DNA of 64,000 bases from Dictyostelium discoideum (GCA_000004695.1 CM000153.2:5248001-5312000), one strand, 5' to 3'; positions 27,864 through 40,891 are shown, counted from the first letter of the stretch. Translations and numbers: made by a program. The notes: generated by a model from the sequence alone, not told the origin.

Positions 27864-29665
27864 GGGGGTGGTATGATTGTTGTATTTGCTGTTGTTGATG
27901 TGGTTGTTTGTATCAATTGTAGTTGTTCAAGTAGTAACTTTTGTTCTTCCATTTGTTGTTGTTGTTGTTGTCTTTTTTTAAGTTGTTCTTCTTGTTGTCG
28001 ACTTATTTTTTGATTTTGTAAAATAAGTAAAAGTTTATTAATTTCCTCTTTTTGAAATTCTCTAATGTTAGCATAAAATTTTTCTTGGAAACGATTAATT
28101 TGTTGAATTTTATCTTTAATTTTTTGTTCCAATTTTAAATCCTCACTATTTTCATCAAAAACAAAATAAATATCTTCAATTAATGTTATTTTATATGGTT
28201 TTTCATCATTTATTTTAATATTACTACTACAACTACTACAACTACAACTACTACCACTACCACTACAACTACTGCTACTACCACTGCTACTGCTACTGCT
28301 ACTGCTACTACCACTATTATTTTTATTATTTAATACTTCATTGTTAGAACAATCATTACTATTCAAATCCATATTTGTGGTTGTTGTGGTTGTTTCTGGT
28401 TGTTGTTGTTGTTGTTCTTTAATTTTATTATTATGTTTTTCATCAAGTTGTTTTTTATCTTTATTTTCCAAAAGTGTATTTGCGGGTGGTTTCTCAGGAG
28501 AATGATATTCAATATCTTCAGGATCACTTAACATTTCCCAAGTTACTTTATGTGATAATAAAATTTGTTCGAGTGTATTTTTTCCCATTCTTAATCTACT
28601 AGAATTTGGATAGATTGCAACTCTTTCAAGTTGAACAGCGTATCTATAGATTTTAATTGCAAGCTGGAATTTATCCAATTCGTTTATTGATAGCATACCA
28701 ATATAAAAAAAAACTTCAGGAACACATTGGTGATCATAGTGAGCCTTGTTAATATAAACATAGTGAGCGAGTACTTGGCTGATCGGATCAGCAGTTGAGG
28801 CTCTGCAGTCTAACAATACACCGGCCTTGATAAATAATAAACCCAAATGGTTTGGATTTATTTTTAAACCAGATTTACAATCGGCGTAGCATTGTTTTGA
28901 AGTGATTTGATCGAAATGGATGAAAGCACGAATGTAATGGAAATTATCATTGTTTGGGAAATACTTTAAGCCGGTGATACAATAGAGTTCACATTCTTGG
29001 TTTTTCCTTTCTTGTTTGAAATAAGATGCCAAAAAGACAAAGATTTGTTCATGATATTTCTTATACAAGCTATTGTTACTAATTGTGCATGCCAAACTTA
29101 TAAGCTCACTCATTAAAGAACCTTTAAAGGAGATCACTTCATCACAACAGGTTAACGCCAAGCCAAGATGATTAAACATCTCACCAATTTGATCGACACG
29201 CAATTTACTCCATTTATTCTTATTTTTATTTTCCTTACCACCGATAAAAAAGTATTTGACGTAAAGCTCTTTAAATCTTTCAAAATTCTTTATACCTTCA
29301 AAGATTATTGCTGCTTCTCTACTTCCGTTATTTTTTAATGCAATTAAATATTTAACAAAACCACAAATACTAGTTTGATCTGATGGAATTAAATAATTAA
29401 ATTTTTTTAAATCCTTAAATTCAATAATTTTAATATAATTTTTATTATTATTTATATCAATATCAATATTATTATTAATAATATTAATATTAATATTATT
29501 ATTATTATTATTAATATTCTCAAAAAGAGAATCTAATTGTTCATTGATATCTAATTGATCTAATTGTTCTACATCTTCAGATGTATTATTATTATAATTT
29601 TTATTTTTATTTTTATTTGCTTTGTTTGGTTTATTTGTTTTTGATTTTGATTTTTTCATAACCAT
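27365..29665 (-). CDS. Hypothetical protein of about 766 aa with a TPR-like helical middle region and a poly-Gln / acidic C-terminal half
   Basis: A single long ORF with a basic N-terminus. The stretch [26 protein letters not shown]...[15 protein letters not shown] looks TPR-like. Long (CAA)n and (GAA)n coding runs appear at 27540-27870 on the minus strand. The stop lies 146 bp upstream of the next minus-strand gene start. Confidence 0.55.
27785..27870. repeat. (TTG)n on the plus strand, which is (CAA)n poly-Gln coding on the minus strand
   Basis: A perfect trinucleotide run. Confidence 0.9.
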
Positions 29666-29939
29666 TTTTAGTATTTTATGGTTATTTTAATAATTTTTTT
29701 TTTATTTTTTTTTATTTTATTTTTTTATTTTTTTAACCCAATAGATGTGAATAAAAAAAATAAAAAATAAAAAAAAATGCAAGAGTTCTAGTTGGCGCAC
29801 CAAAAAAAAAAAAAATTATTTTTTTTTTAAAAAAAAATAAAAAAAAGAAAAAAAATTAAAAATAAAAAAGAAAAAAAAATTCCAATCTAAACAATCCCTA
29901 AATCTCAAACAATACCTCACCCCCCTCACCCACAAAATC

Positions 29940-29981
<42 letters not shown>

Positions 29982-30911
29982 AAAAAAAAAAAATTTTACC
30001 CATCCTTCCATAAATAAAACGTTGATGATTAATCAGTTGGCAATCACGACAAATATTATATAATTTTAAAAATAAATTAAAACATTGGAACCACACACCC
30101 CACACATGAGATGAATAATTTTAATTTTCAAAAAAAAATAAAGAAATAAAAAAATAAAAAAATAAAAAAAAATAAAAAAAAAAAAATAATAAAAATGTAG
30201 TAAAATAATATAATAAAAATGATTAACCAATCGTTGAAAATAATGATGTGACTTTTCTTTTTAAAAGTGTTTTATAATAATAATAATAATAATAATTTTT
30301 TTTTTTTTTTTTTTATTAATAAATTTTTCAATTAATATGAATTAACTCAATCTTGATTTATTGAATGTCATCGTCTATTTATAAAAAAACAATTAATTTT
30401 TAATAAAATTACCATTATTACATACTCACTATCACATTGGGAAAAAAAAAAAAAAAAATAAAAAAAAAAAAAAATAAACACACACAAATACACCCACTTA
30501 CACGAACAAAAAAAAAAAAAAACACAAACCTTGCCGTTTTCTTACATTCACACAATTCTTGAAAGAAGACTGAGTCAAATTGATTTTGTTTTTTTTTTTT
30601 TTTAATTATTTTTTTTTTTCTTCTATTTTAATTTTATAATTTCAATTTAATTGGTTATTTATTTCAAATAAAAATAATATTATTATTTACACATAAAATG
30701 AGTAAGTTAAAACTTAATTAATTATCCAAGATATTAAAATTTTTAAATCTATAATTAAAAAAAAATAATAAATAATATATAAAAAATAATAAAATTAAAT
30801 TTAAAAATAATAAATAATAATAAAAATAATAATAAAAATAATAAATAATTAAATAATATGTTTAATTAATTTTTTTTTTTTTTTTTTTTTTTATTTATTT
30901 TATTAATTTTT

Positions 30912-30950
<39 letters not shown>

Positions 30951-31015
30951 TATTTTTACAAAAAAAAAAAAAAAATAAAAAAAACAAATTAAAGATGAAC
31001 ACAATATAAATTTAG

Positions 31016-34000
31016 GAAATGAAATAATTAGATTAAGTAAAGCAAGAGTTGATGTAAAACAAGAAGTATTATATAAATTAAAAATTAATTTTCAATTTAG
31101 TTTTTTAAATAAATCAAAAGTTTTTTTAGAAGAAGCTTGGAACTATGTAAATGAATTAGAAAATCCAGAGCAATTAATAGAGTTGAAAGATGCTGCTGAT
31201 TTTAATAGTCAAGCACTATTGGTAAATCTAACAAAAGAGAATCAAATATTTAAAAAAATTAATGATGTTATCGACACATTATCAAAACATCAAAAAACAT
31301 TACAACAAATTAGATTTTTAAATACACAGCAAATTCCATCACCACCACCAACTGGAACAACAACACCAACAACAACACCAAATTTAGAAAATGACCAAAA
31401 TGAAAAATGGATAAAGGATTTACTATTTTCAATAGTGCAATTAAAACAATACTATATCGATTTCATATCAACAATTATTAAATACAGTAACGAATCAGAT
31501 TTCAAAGTTGCCTATTACCTAATGGAAGAATTACTACACACTGATAAAGTTACCATTACCAGTGACTCGTTTCAACGTCCATTCTATAGAATTAATAAAT
31601 CAATGGCTTTAAAAATTTTAAATTTAAATCAACAATTACAACCAATTCAAAATAATAATAATGATTATGGTGGTAATTACCAATCTAGTTTAAGTGAAGA
31701 TGATTTAATTTATTCATTTTCAGTCCCACAAACTCCTTCAATCTCACTATCACCCTTTTCAACACCATCTATTTCTTCACCAAATAATGTATCACCGCCA
31801 TCAACACCATCCTTTCAAGTTGTTTCACCAACTTTAATATCACCACCACCATCAACTCCATCAACTCAATCAACATCGAATACAACAAATTCATTTTGGA
31901 AAACAACCCAACAAATTCATTTTAGTTCATCAAATTTAATTTCATATAAACATCAAGTAATGGTAAATAAATTATTTCAACTATTGGATATACCATTTTC
32001 ACCAAGTTCATTATTAATTATTCAACTATCACCTAATCAATCACCATATTATGTTCAATCTTTTTGGGGAATTGATAATGGAAAGGATTTAATTGTAACA
32101 GAGAATTATAATTGTTTAGATATGGTTAATAAATTTCAAAATAATAATAATAATCAATTTTTAGATATTAATTTAGTATCATTCTCTGAGCAAATATTAG
32201 GTACACTATTAGTTTGTCCAAAAGAGAGTAAATTTAAATCTGTTCAATCTAATGATATTCTTGGTCAAAATAGTACTCCTACACAAACAACAGTTGCTTC
32301 CAATACTTCAAATTCATTACCACCACTACCTTTATCACAGCAACAGCATCAACAAACACCACCATCACATCCATTACCACAACCACCATCACATTCTCAT
32401 TTTCATTCTCATTCTCATTCAAATTCACATTTACAACCAAATTTACAATCATTATTGCAACAAAGTTCAACACTTTCTTTAATTGTACCAAGTCCATTAA
32501 AATCACCAATTTCATTTAGACAACAACAACAGAATCAACAATTACCAATAAAATCACAAACTTTAATTTCAATTAAAAATGATAGTATTAACTTTCAAGA
32601 AGATTTTGAAACTAAAAATAAAGAGAAAGAAAATAATATATTTTATAATTCACCTTTATTAAAATTACCACAGATGCAAAAACCAATACCAATAATATTT
32701 CAAAAGTTTATTACAAATATTAATGCACAATTTCTAATGATTCAATGGCTTTCTAAATTAGATGAATTCAATCAAACTTATCAACAATTAGTTTCTAATA
32801 TTAAACATTTAACAAATCCTCATCAATCTCCATCAATAAATCAAAATAATACCAATACTACCAATTCAACATTTACATCTCAAGAAGAAATAAAATTAGC
32901 AAAATCATCATCCTTTTCATCAATGTCTTCAGTTTCATCATCGTCATCTTCTTCATTATCATATTCTTTATCTACACAAAGTGTATTTAATAATAATAAT
33001 AATAATAATGATGATCATTTTTATTTAAAACTTAACTTACCAATTAAAGTTAATAAAAAAATGGTAGAAGTAATTCAAAAAAGATTTCAATCTATTCAAG
33101 ATCAATTGAAAAAGAATAGTTCAACAACTTTTTCAGATTTATTTTATTCAGTTTTTCCAAATATTTATACAAACTATAGAGAATTGGTATTATGTAAAAA
33201 GAATTCACCAATGCCAATGATAACTATTACCTTTTCACCAGATTCTCAATCATCACCACCAAATTCAACACCATTAACAGCTCATATTAAATCATCAAGT
33301 TTTTCATCTAATATTAATGGTTATCCTATCACCACCAGCACTACTACCTCTGCCACCACCACTACCACACCAATTAATTCATCATCTTCAAATACAAATT
33401 CAACAGCAGCAGCAGCAGTAACAAAAACAACTAATTCACCAATATCATCAAATTATAATAGTAATTATCAATATAATAGAACTGATAGTAATAGAAGTAA
33501 TAGTAGTAATAATGGTATGACAAAATCTCATTCATCTTCATTTTCAACTGGTTCAAGATCAAATTCAAATTTAACTGAATTATTATTACCAAATCAAATT
33601 ATATCAACAATGGATATTGATAAATTTAAGATGGGAGAAATTGTATTTCAAAGTATTTTAGTAAACTTTCATTTAGATTCAAAGAAATTACCATTGAATG
33701 TTATATATAGTAAATTGGTCTTACTAGTATTAATTAAAGCAACACATTTCTCACAATCTAGATCGATTAAAGAAATGTATAGATTAATTTCAAAACATTT
33801 AAAAAATCAAAACCAAATTAATATATTCAATCAAAAGTTTAAACCAATCTTTAAACAACTTTCAAATGATAATCCACATCTTCAATTGAATTGGATATTG
33901 TTAATTGAAGAATGGTTTCCTGATGAATGGGAAAATCCAAAACAGTTATTCCCAAGATCAACAAATGAAATTAAAGGTTCATTCTTTGGTAAAAGATTAT

Positions 34001-36497
34001 TAACACCAGCAATTCATCAACATTTGTTTACACCAGATGGTCAATTTATTAAGCGTAATAAATATGGTAAAAAAGATGTATCTTGGTATCCTGAGAAAGA
34101 ACCAGTTTGGTATTTTAAAAAGTATCCTGAAATTGCAGGTTATGAATATGCAGCAACTGAACTAATGAGATCATTAGGTATTAAGAATTTACCATACTCT
34201 GAATTGATTTTATTCTATGATCCACAATTAAAAAAATCATATCCAGTATTATTAACTTTAGCTGTACAAGGTAAATGTATTTCTGATATTTGGTTATCAT
34301 CACAATCAAATATAACATCATCATCATCATCATCATCAACATCAACATCAACATCAATACCAAATTCTAGTCCAACAACAAATTTTAATTCACATTTAAG
34401 TGAAATTAATGAAAATTTATTAGATAAACATAATACTGGTTTATTGATAATTTCTTCATTACTTTTATCAGTTGAAGATGGTAAACCTGATAATTTCATA
34501 TTATCAGATAATGGTAAATATTTAACACCAATTGATAATGATCGTTGTTTTATAGCACCATCAACAGTTTGTGAAAAAGGATCATCATTCATCTATGTAT
34601 TAATGGAACAGAAAAAGAAATTAGTAATGAAATCAATATTATTTAATCTATCAATGATGAAAGAGAAAGTAGATGAATCAGTACAACGATTCTTTTTAGA
34701 TTTAGATTGTTTTGAATTCCTTAAAGAATGGTTAGAGAATTTAATCTATGTTCATGATAGATATTCAACTCTTTTACCAGAAGAAGAATTAAATTCACTC
34801 TATAATCAAAATAATTGTATAGTTCGTATATTTTTTACAACTCAAATGATTCATAATCTTTATAATACATTATTAAATATTCAATATCATTTTAAATATT
34901 CAATAACAAATAGTTATTTAGATTTAATTTCAAAATTATTTGATCCATTTGTTTTTAAACAATATCAATTATCATTTAATATTTGTAATAATAATAATAA
35001 TAATAATAATGATCAAAATCAAAATTATTTAAAATCTTCACCCACAATATTATCATTACAAGAAAGATATAAGTCAATGGTATTTTATAATAATGGTATT
35101 AATAATTTAAAACAAATTGTAAATATGTTAGGAATTACAAATCAAGAATTATTTGGTGAAGCAGTAAGAGTAAAGAATGAACCATCAACGGCTTTAGCAT
35201 ATTTAAAGAAAATGAATCAACGTAAACAAGATATTAAAAATACAAATCAAAAGATTTTAATGAATAGTTCACCAAATTCTAGTCCACCAAATCAAAGTCC
35301 ACCAAATTCAATTAGTAATTTATCAACTTGTTTAAATTTATCAATCCAACAACAAATAACCTTACCAAATCAATTACATCAACATCAATATCAACAACAA
35401 CAACTATATAAACAATTACAACAACAACCATCACCATCACCATCACCACAACAACAACAACAAAATGAAATGATTAATACAATTGATGTGTCACAATTTA
35501 ATAAAAAACAATGTGTAGAATTTGAAAAGAAATTTAAAAATGAATTTCCAAATGCAGAGAGTTTTTCAATTCATAATTCATTATTTACAGATTCTTATAT
35601 AAAGAAACTTAGTTTCTCTCATATTCAATTTTTAGATTTAAGAAATTCTGAAAAATTAACACGTGCATCACTTGGTTATCTTATAAAGATAACACCAGAA
35701 TTAATTTATTTAAATATTAGTGGTTGGAAATCATTGAAAAAGTTAATGTTTACAAGTAATTCAAATTTTGAAATGGGTTTAATTGATTTAAATCAATTGG
35801 TTACTCTAGAGGATGAAACTCAAATTCCACCTACAAAACTTAATAAATTGGTTGTCAATGATTGTTGTAATTTAGAGATTATCGATTTCTATTGTTCAAT
35901 GCCTCAATTAAAAACTTTAGATTGTTATAGAAATAATAAATTGGAAAAAGTTCGTTTAAATTATAATGTAAAATTAAATACTGATATTGATGATTCAAAA
36001 ATTTTAAAAAGACCTTTAAATTTTATAATTTTAGGTGATAAAAATGTTGGTAAAGTAAGTATAATAATTTTTAAAAAATAATAAAAAAAAAAAAAAAAAC
36101 TATATAAAACTAATTAATTAATTAAATAATTAAAAAAAATAGACATCAGTTATAAAATTATTTAAATATAAAAGTAGTATAAAATTAATGCTTCCAAATT
36201 TTTATGAATCAACTTTTGAAAATCCAATTCCAGTTGAAATTTTAAATATAATTGAATCAAAAATTAAATCAAATTGTTTCTGTGGATTTAATATTATTTT
36301 AGTTTATGATTGTTTTTCAGAAGAAAGTCTTGTTAAATGTAAAAAATGGTTATATAATTTTAAAAAGATTGTTGATCCATGTGATTATATTAGAATCACT
36401 TTAATTGGTAATAAATATGATTTATTATCAATTAAAGTTAATGATAATGATGTTAATGTAAGTTTTAAAAAAAAAAATATAAAAAAAAAAATATATG

Positions 36498-36529
<32 letters not shown>

Positions 36530-36733
36530 TAATTGTTTATTTTTATTTTTATTTTTAATTTTAATTTTTTTTTTTTTTTTTTTTTTTTTCTTTATTTATA
36601 GTCTTTTTCTAGGGAATTTAATATTAAAACATTTAAAATTTCAACAAAACAAAATAATTATGGTGAATTAAATATAATTGGAAATCATTTATTTGAACGT
36701 TGTAGTCAAGATTGTAGAATTATTAGCAAATAA
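31016..36733 (+). CDS. Large multidomain protein of about 1740 aa, with a PI4K-type-II-like kinase domain, leucine-rich repeats and a C-terminal Ras/Rab-like small-GTPase domain. Exons 31016..36054, 36143..36457 and 36602..36733. A possible 4-nt first mini-exon ATGA lies at 30698..30701.
   Basis: The kinase-like region reads GSFFGKRLL...GQFIKRNKYGKKDVSWYPEKEP...LLSVEDGKPDNFIL...PIDNDRCFIAPS. This matches the PI4KII motifs GSSGSYFVKD.., DRGNDNWLI and AIDNGLAFP. The LRR-like segment is LDLRNSEKLTRASLGYLIKITPELIYLNISGWKSLKKL...LKTLDCYRNNKLEKVRL. The large exon ends in the P-loop ILGDKNVGK, followed by a GTAAGT donor. The next exon continues TSVIKLFKYKSS...ITLIGNKYDLL (NKxD), and the last exon ends SFSREFNIKTFKISTKQNNYGELNIIGNHLFER. 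In-frame Met is lacking in the first 60 codons of the open frame, so the 5' end is uncertain. Confidence 0.6.
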
Positions 36734-37044
36734 AAAATTTTATTTTTATTTAATTTATTTTTTGGAAATTAAAAAATAGTTTAAAAAAAAAAAAAAAAAA
36801 AAACAAAAAAATTAAAAATTAAAAATAGAATAAAAAAAATAATAAAAAAAAAAAACAGTAATCAAATTTTATGACATCACAAAAAAACGTTTTGTTCAAT
36901 TTTTTTTTTTTTTTCAATTTTAATTTTTTTATTTTTTTATTTTTTTTTATTTTTTTTTTTTTTTTTTTTTCTTAAAAGGATGAATATGAAAACGATAAAA
37001 ATAATTTATTATTTTCAAAATTCAAAAAAAATAAAAGAAAAGAG

Positions 37045-38454
37045 GTGTTTTCATTCATTAAAAAGAAAATGAATTTTTCAAAATTATTATTTTCAATAAT
37101 AGTAGTTTTAACAGTTGTGGTACTATTATTTAATAATGAAAATATTTTAGTTGAAGCACAAGTTGGTAATCTTTGTATTAAATGTTTAGAATTTGGTGAA
37201 AGTTGTAATTCAAATGGTGCTTGTAGTAAAGATAGTGTTTGTACAAGCGATACTGAAAGATTTCAAGAAAATCCTGTTTGTTCAGAACCAAAAGAACTCG
37301 GTCAAGATTGTAAAAATGATGAACAATGTCGTTTGGGAACTAAATGTAAAAAAGAATTAAATAATGAATTTGGTTCTTGTTCTGATATTAAATTCGCACA
37401 GTATGTATAAAAATAATATAAAATAAATAATTGATTTTTAAAAGATTGATTTTAATAAAAAAAATTATATATATATAGAGTTGGAGAAAAATGTTCACAA
37501 GATTTTGATTGTTCAGGTAGACTTTTAAAATGTAAAGAAGGAATTTGTGTAAAACCAACTGGTGATTTACCATGTGGTGTAGAGAATCCATGTCCATTTG
37601 GTGAATACTGTCAATATTCAAGCAAAACTTGTAATAAACAATTAAAAGAAAATGATAATTGTTTACAATCAACTCAATGTCCAGTTGGTCATTTTTGTGA
37701 TGAAACCTCTAAAAAATGTAAAAAATCTTTCACTTTATTAGAAAATGATAAATGTGCTAGTTTTTCACATGATCAATGTAATACTGATCTTGATTTATAT
37801 GTATGTATAAAATAAAAATATATATATATATATACTTTCAATCCAATATAATAATTATAACAATTATAATCTAATATTTTTTAAATTATTATTATTATTA
37901 TTATTAGTGCGCAAAAGCAGGAATTTGTGAAAAACTTAATATTACATATCCAGGATTATGTTTAAGAATGGAGAATCATTGTTCACCATTTCATCAATGT
38001 TCATGTTCAGATTATAAATGTCATCCAACCAGAGAGTTTGGATCAAGTTTCGTAAAGACATATAAGGATTTCAATCAATGTATTGAGAAACATAAGTGTC
38101 AATTCACCTATAATAGATTTTCAAATAATTCATGTATCACCAAAAATTGTGGTCCACAATTTTGTAAATTCAATAGAGCACTCCAACCTGATAATCAATT
38201 GAATTGTGGTAAAGTTGCCATTACCAATTATTGTCAAACCGTTAACCATCTCTTCCCACCAATTAAATCAAAAATCTTTTTAAATCATTCAAAAGAAGAT
38301 TTATTCTTTTTTGCAACTTCTATTCCTTTCTTAATTTTATTCTTTTCAGTTTATGTTGAAATTAAATTAGCAAGAAAAGAAAGATTAGATTTAATTCATA
38401 GTCATAGAGATATTTCTTATGATTCTGACGAGGATCATAATAATTTTAATAATC

Positions 38455-38488
<34 letters not shown>

Positions 38489-38549
38489 AAATAATGATGA
38501 ATTCGACGATTATATTGAAGATGATATTGATGAAAATAAAAGAGAATAA
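37045..38549 (+). CDS. Cys-rich type I membrane protein with a signal peptide, about 8 short Cys-rich repeats, one transmembrane segment and an acidic/Asn-rich cytoplasmic tail. Exons 37045..37400, 37478..37799 and 37908..38549.
   Basis: The signal peptide is MNFSKLLFSIIVVLTVVVLL. Repeats have the form C-x(5-8)-G-x2-C-x(3-6)-C (CIKCLEFGESCNSNGACSKDSVC, CSEPKELGQDCKNDEQCRLGTKC, CPVGHFCDETSKKC and others). The transmembrane segment is FFATSIPFLILFFSVYV. The introns have GTATGT donors and (AT-rich)AG acceptors, with consistent phases. Confidence 0.6.
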
Positions 38550-38828
38550 TAAAATAATTTAAATAGTTTTTTAAACAACAAATAAATATTTATTTTATTT
38601 TAATTTATTTAATTTATATTTATATTCATTTATAGTAATAGATAATTATTATAAATTTATAATATACCTTTTCATTAGTTTGTTTTAATAATTTAGATCT
38701 ACAAATAAAAAGTTTTTATTATTTTTTTGTTTTTATATATTATTTTTTTTTTTTTTTTTTGTTTTGGAAAAAAAAAAAAATATATTTATATAAATTGGAG
38801 AATTAAAAAAAAAGTAATATTATTAAAA

Positions 38829-39258
38829 ATGAAAATATTTTTTATAATTTTAATTTTAATTTCTAGTTTTTTAATTTTAAATTGTAAAGGTCAGGGATGT
38901 ACTCAATTCCTTTCACAATTTAAGGATCCAAAGAAATGTATTCAAATTTCAATTGCTGGTGTTAATAGCCAATCAATGTCACAAGAGGGATATAAAGGAA
39001 ATTTAATTTTTAAGAATGGATTATTAGTTAATAATGGTTCTATCATTAATTTACAAACATATGAAACAACTTGTACATCTTATCGTAAATTAGTACAACC
39101 ATTCTTTGCTGATCAATTCCAAATTAATGATTTTTCAATTTCATTTGATGGAAATATTAAATTTGGTGGAGTTTCTAGAAAATTATCTTGTTTATATTCA
39201 TCTGAAGGTTTTGCATCTTTTAAATCAAGTTATTACCTTTATTCACTTACTGTTTGTA

Positions 39259-39309
<51 letters not shown>

Positions 39310-39431
39310 TTTTTTCTATTTATAGATTCATACTAATTATTTTTTTTTTTTTTGTTTTTATTATTTCTTTAAAGATGCGTTCGTATGATAGTTGCCCACC
39401 ACTATATTATGGTGAACCATGTAGACAATAA
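38829..39431 (+). CDS. Small secreted protein of about 160 aa, function unknown. Exons 38829..39251 and 39375..39431.
   Basis: The signal peptide is MKIFFIILILISSFLILNCKG. An intron removes a (A)n/(T)n tract that would otherwise encode poly-Lys or poly-Phe. The C-terminus is MRSYDSCPPLYYGEPCRQ. Confidence 0.4.
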
Positions 39432-39580
39432 AATTAAATAATTTTGGTCAAAACGTTTTTTTTTTTTTTTTTTTTGTTTAAATTTGGTATTATTTTATTT
39501 AGTTTTATTATTACTTTTATTTTACATACACCAATCTCCAAAATTGGCGTTGTTATTTTAAAATTTTAATAATTTTTATT

Positions 39581-39582
39581 AC

Positions 39583-39645
<63 letters not shown>

Positions 39646-39650
39646 AATAA
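39581..39650. repeat. (ATT)n microsatellite
   Basis: A perfect trinucleotide run in an intergenic region. Confidence 0.9.
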
Positions 39651-39658
39651 AATTTATA

Positions 39659-40609
39659 TTATTTATCTTTTTCGAGTATACAAGTTTTAACTTCCAACAT
39701 AAAGTTTACAAGTTGAAATTCTAATTCTGATACTCTTCCTGATAAGGTTTCAATGATTTGATCCTTTTCTTCCAATTTTGAATTTATAATTTTATTTTCA
39801 ATCTCTAAAGATTTAATTCTACTCTCTAATCTTGATTGATCAATTGTTGTCGTTGTTAAACCGTTAATAATGTTATTGTTTGTATTTTTTGTATGAGATG
39901 AAGTTGTTAATTTTCCTATTGCTGTTGCTGTTGCTGTTGTTGTTGTAATATTATTATTTAAATCATTTGTTGTTAATAATGGTTGTTTACTTGGAGTTAA
40001 AGGTTTATTTGTTAATGATTTAATTGGTGTTGAAGGTTTATTATTTAATACAGGATTAGTTGTTCTAGTTGGTGTGGCTGGTCTATTTTGTAAAGTATGT
40101 GGAGGTGTTATTGTATTTGTTTGATTAACACCATTATTATTAGTTGCCAATTTTTTTATTGGCGGTTGTTGAGTATTTATTGATGATGATGATTGTACTA
40201 CTACTGATGGTTGTGATGTTGATGAGAATCTTTTTCTTAATGGTGAATTTGGTAATTGTGAAAGTGATTTAATTGGTGAATTTGATACATTTGTTAATTT
40301 TGTTAAATATTGTTGATGTTGTTGTGATATCTTTGGTGGTTGTTGTTGTTGTTGTTGTTGTAGTTGAAATTGTTGTTGTTGTTGTTGTTGTGGCACCATA
40401 GATGTTGGAACCTTTCTTGTATTGTATTGATGAGTTTGTTGATTTTGAATTGATGGTGGTAAATCTTTTTTAATTTTATTAATACCACCACCATTACCTA
40501 TATTATCAAGATTTGGTTGCTGTACTAGTTGTTTTGGTGGCGCTGAATCATTTGGAATTTTACTTTTTGGACTTGTTGGTGATTTTGAAAATTTAAATGT
40601 TCCTGGTTT

Positions 40610-40658
<49 letters not shown>

Positions 40659-40891
40659 TTAATATATGATTTATTTCTTTTTTTTTTTTATTTAAAATGT
40701 TATTTACCTTTTGGAGGAGATAAACAAAGGCTAAATCTCTCTTTTTCAAATAATGCTGAATCTCTAATCGTATTTAAATCGAAAATACTAGCTTTAATAT
40801 CATATCTTTCTTTTGGTTTGACATTCATTAAACTTTCATATCCATTCCAATCATCCTCAACTTGTGGTAATGATCTTTTTTTACTTGCCAT
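39659..40891 (-). CDS. Hypothetical Ser/Thr/Gln-rich protein with a C-terminal coiled coil. Exons complement(39659..40611, 40708..40891).
   Basis: Exon 1 (MASKKRSLPQVEDDWNGYESLMNVKPKERYDIKASIFDLNTIRDSALFEKERFSLCLSPPK) joins in frame through a 96-nt intron (GTAAAT..TTTTTTAG) to EKPGTFKFSKSPTSPKSK...[10 protein letters not shown]. The C-terminal coiled coil reads LESRIKSLEIENKIINSKLEEKDQIIETLSGRVSELEFQL. Confidence 0.5.

Noticed and set aside
27445-27876. Plus-strand poly-Leu/Val/Phe ORFs (27445..27876, 27500..27682)
   Set aside because: Antisense of the poly-Gln / poly-Glu coding runs of the minus-strand gene 27365..29665.
36188-36532. ORF 36188..36532 as an independent small gene starting at Met (MLPNFYESTF...)
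   Set aside because: This ORF has NKxD but no P-loop. The upstream exon ends in GDKNVGK immediately before a GTAAGT donor, and splices in phase to TSVIKLFKYKSS encoded just upstream of this Met. It is therefore treated as an internal exon of the large gene, and its poly-Lys tail as intron read-through.
38727-38828. Upstream extension of ORF 38727 (MFLYIIFFFFFCFGKKKK...) as the start of the secreted protein
   Set aside because: This is poly-Phe/Lys from T/A runs. The Met at 38829 gives a clean signal peptide.
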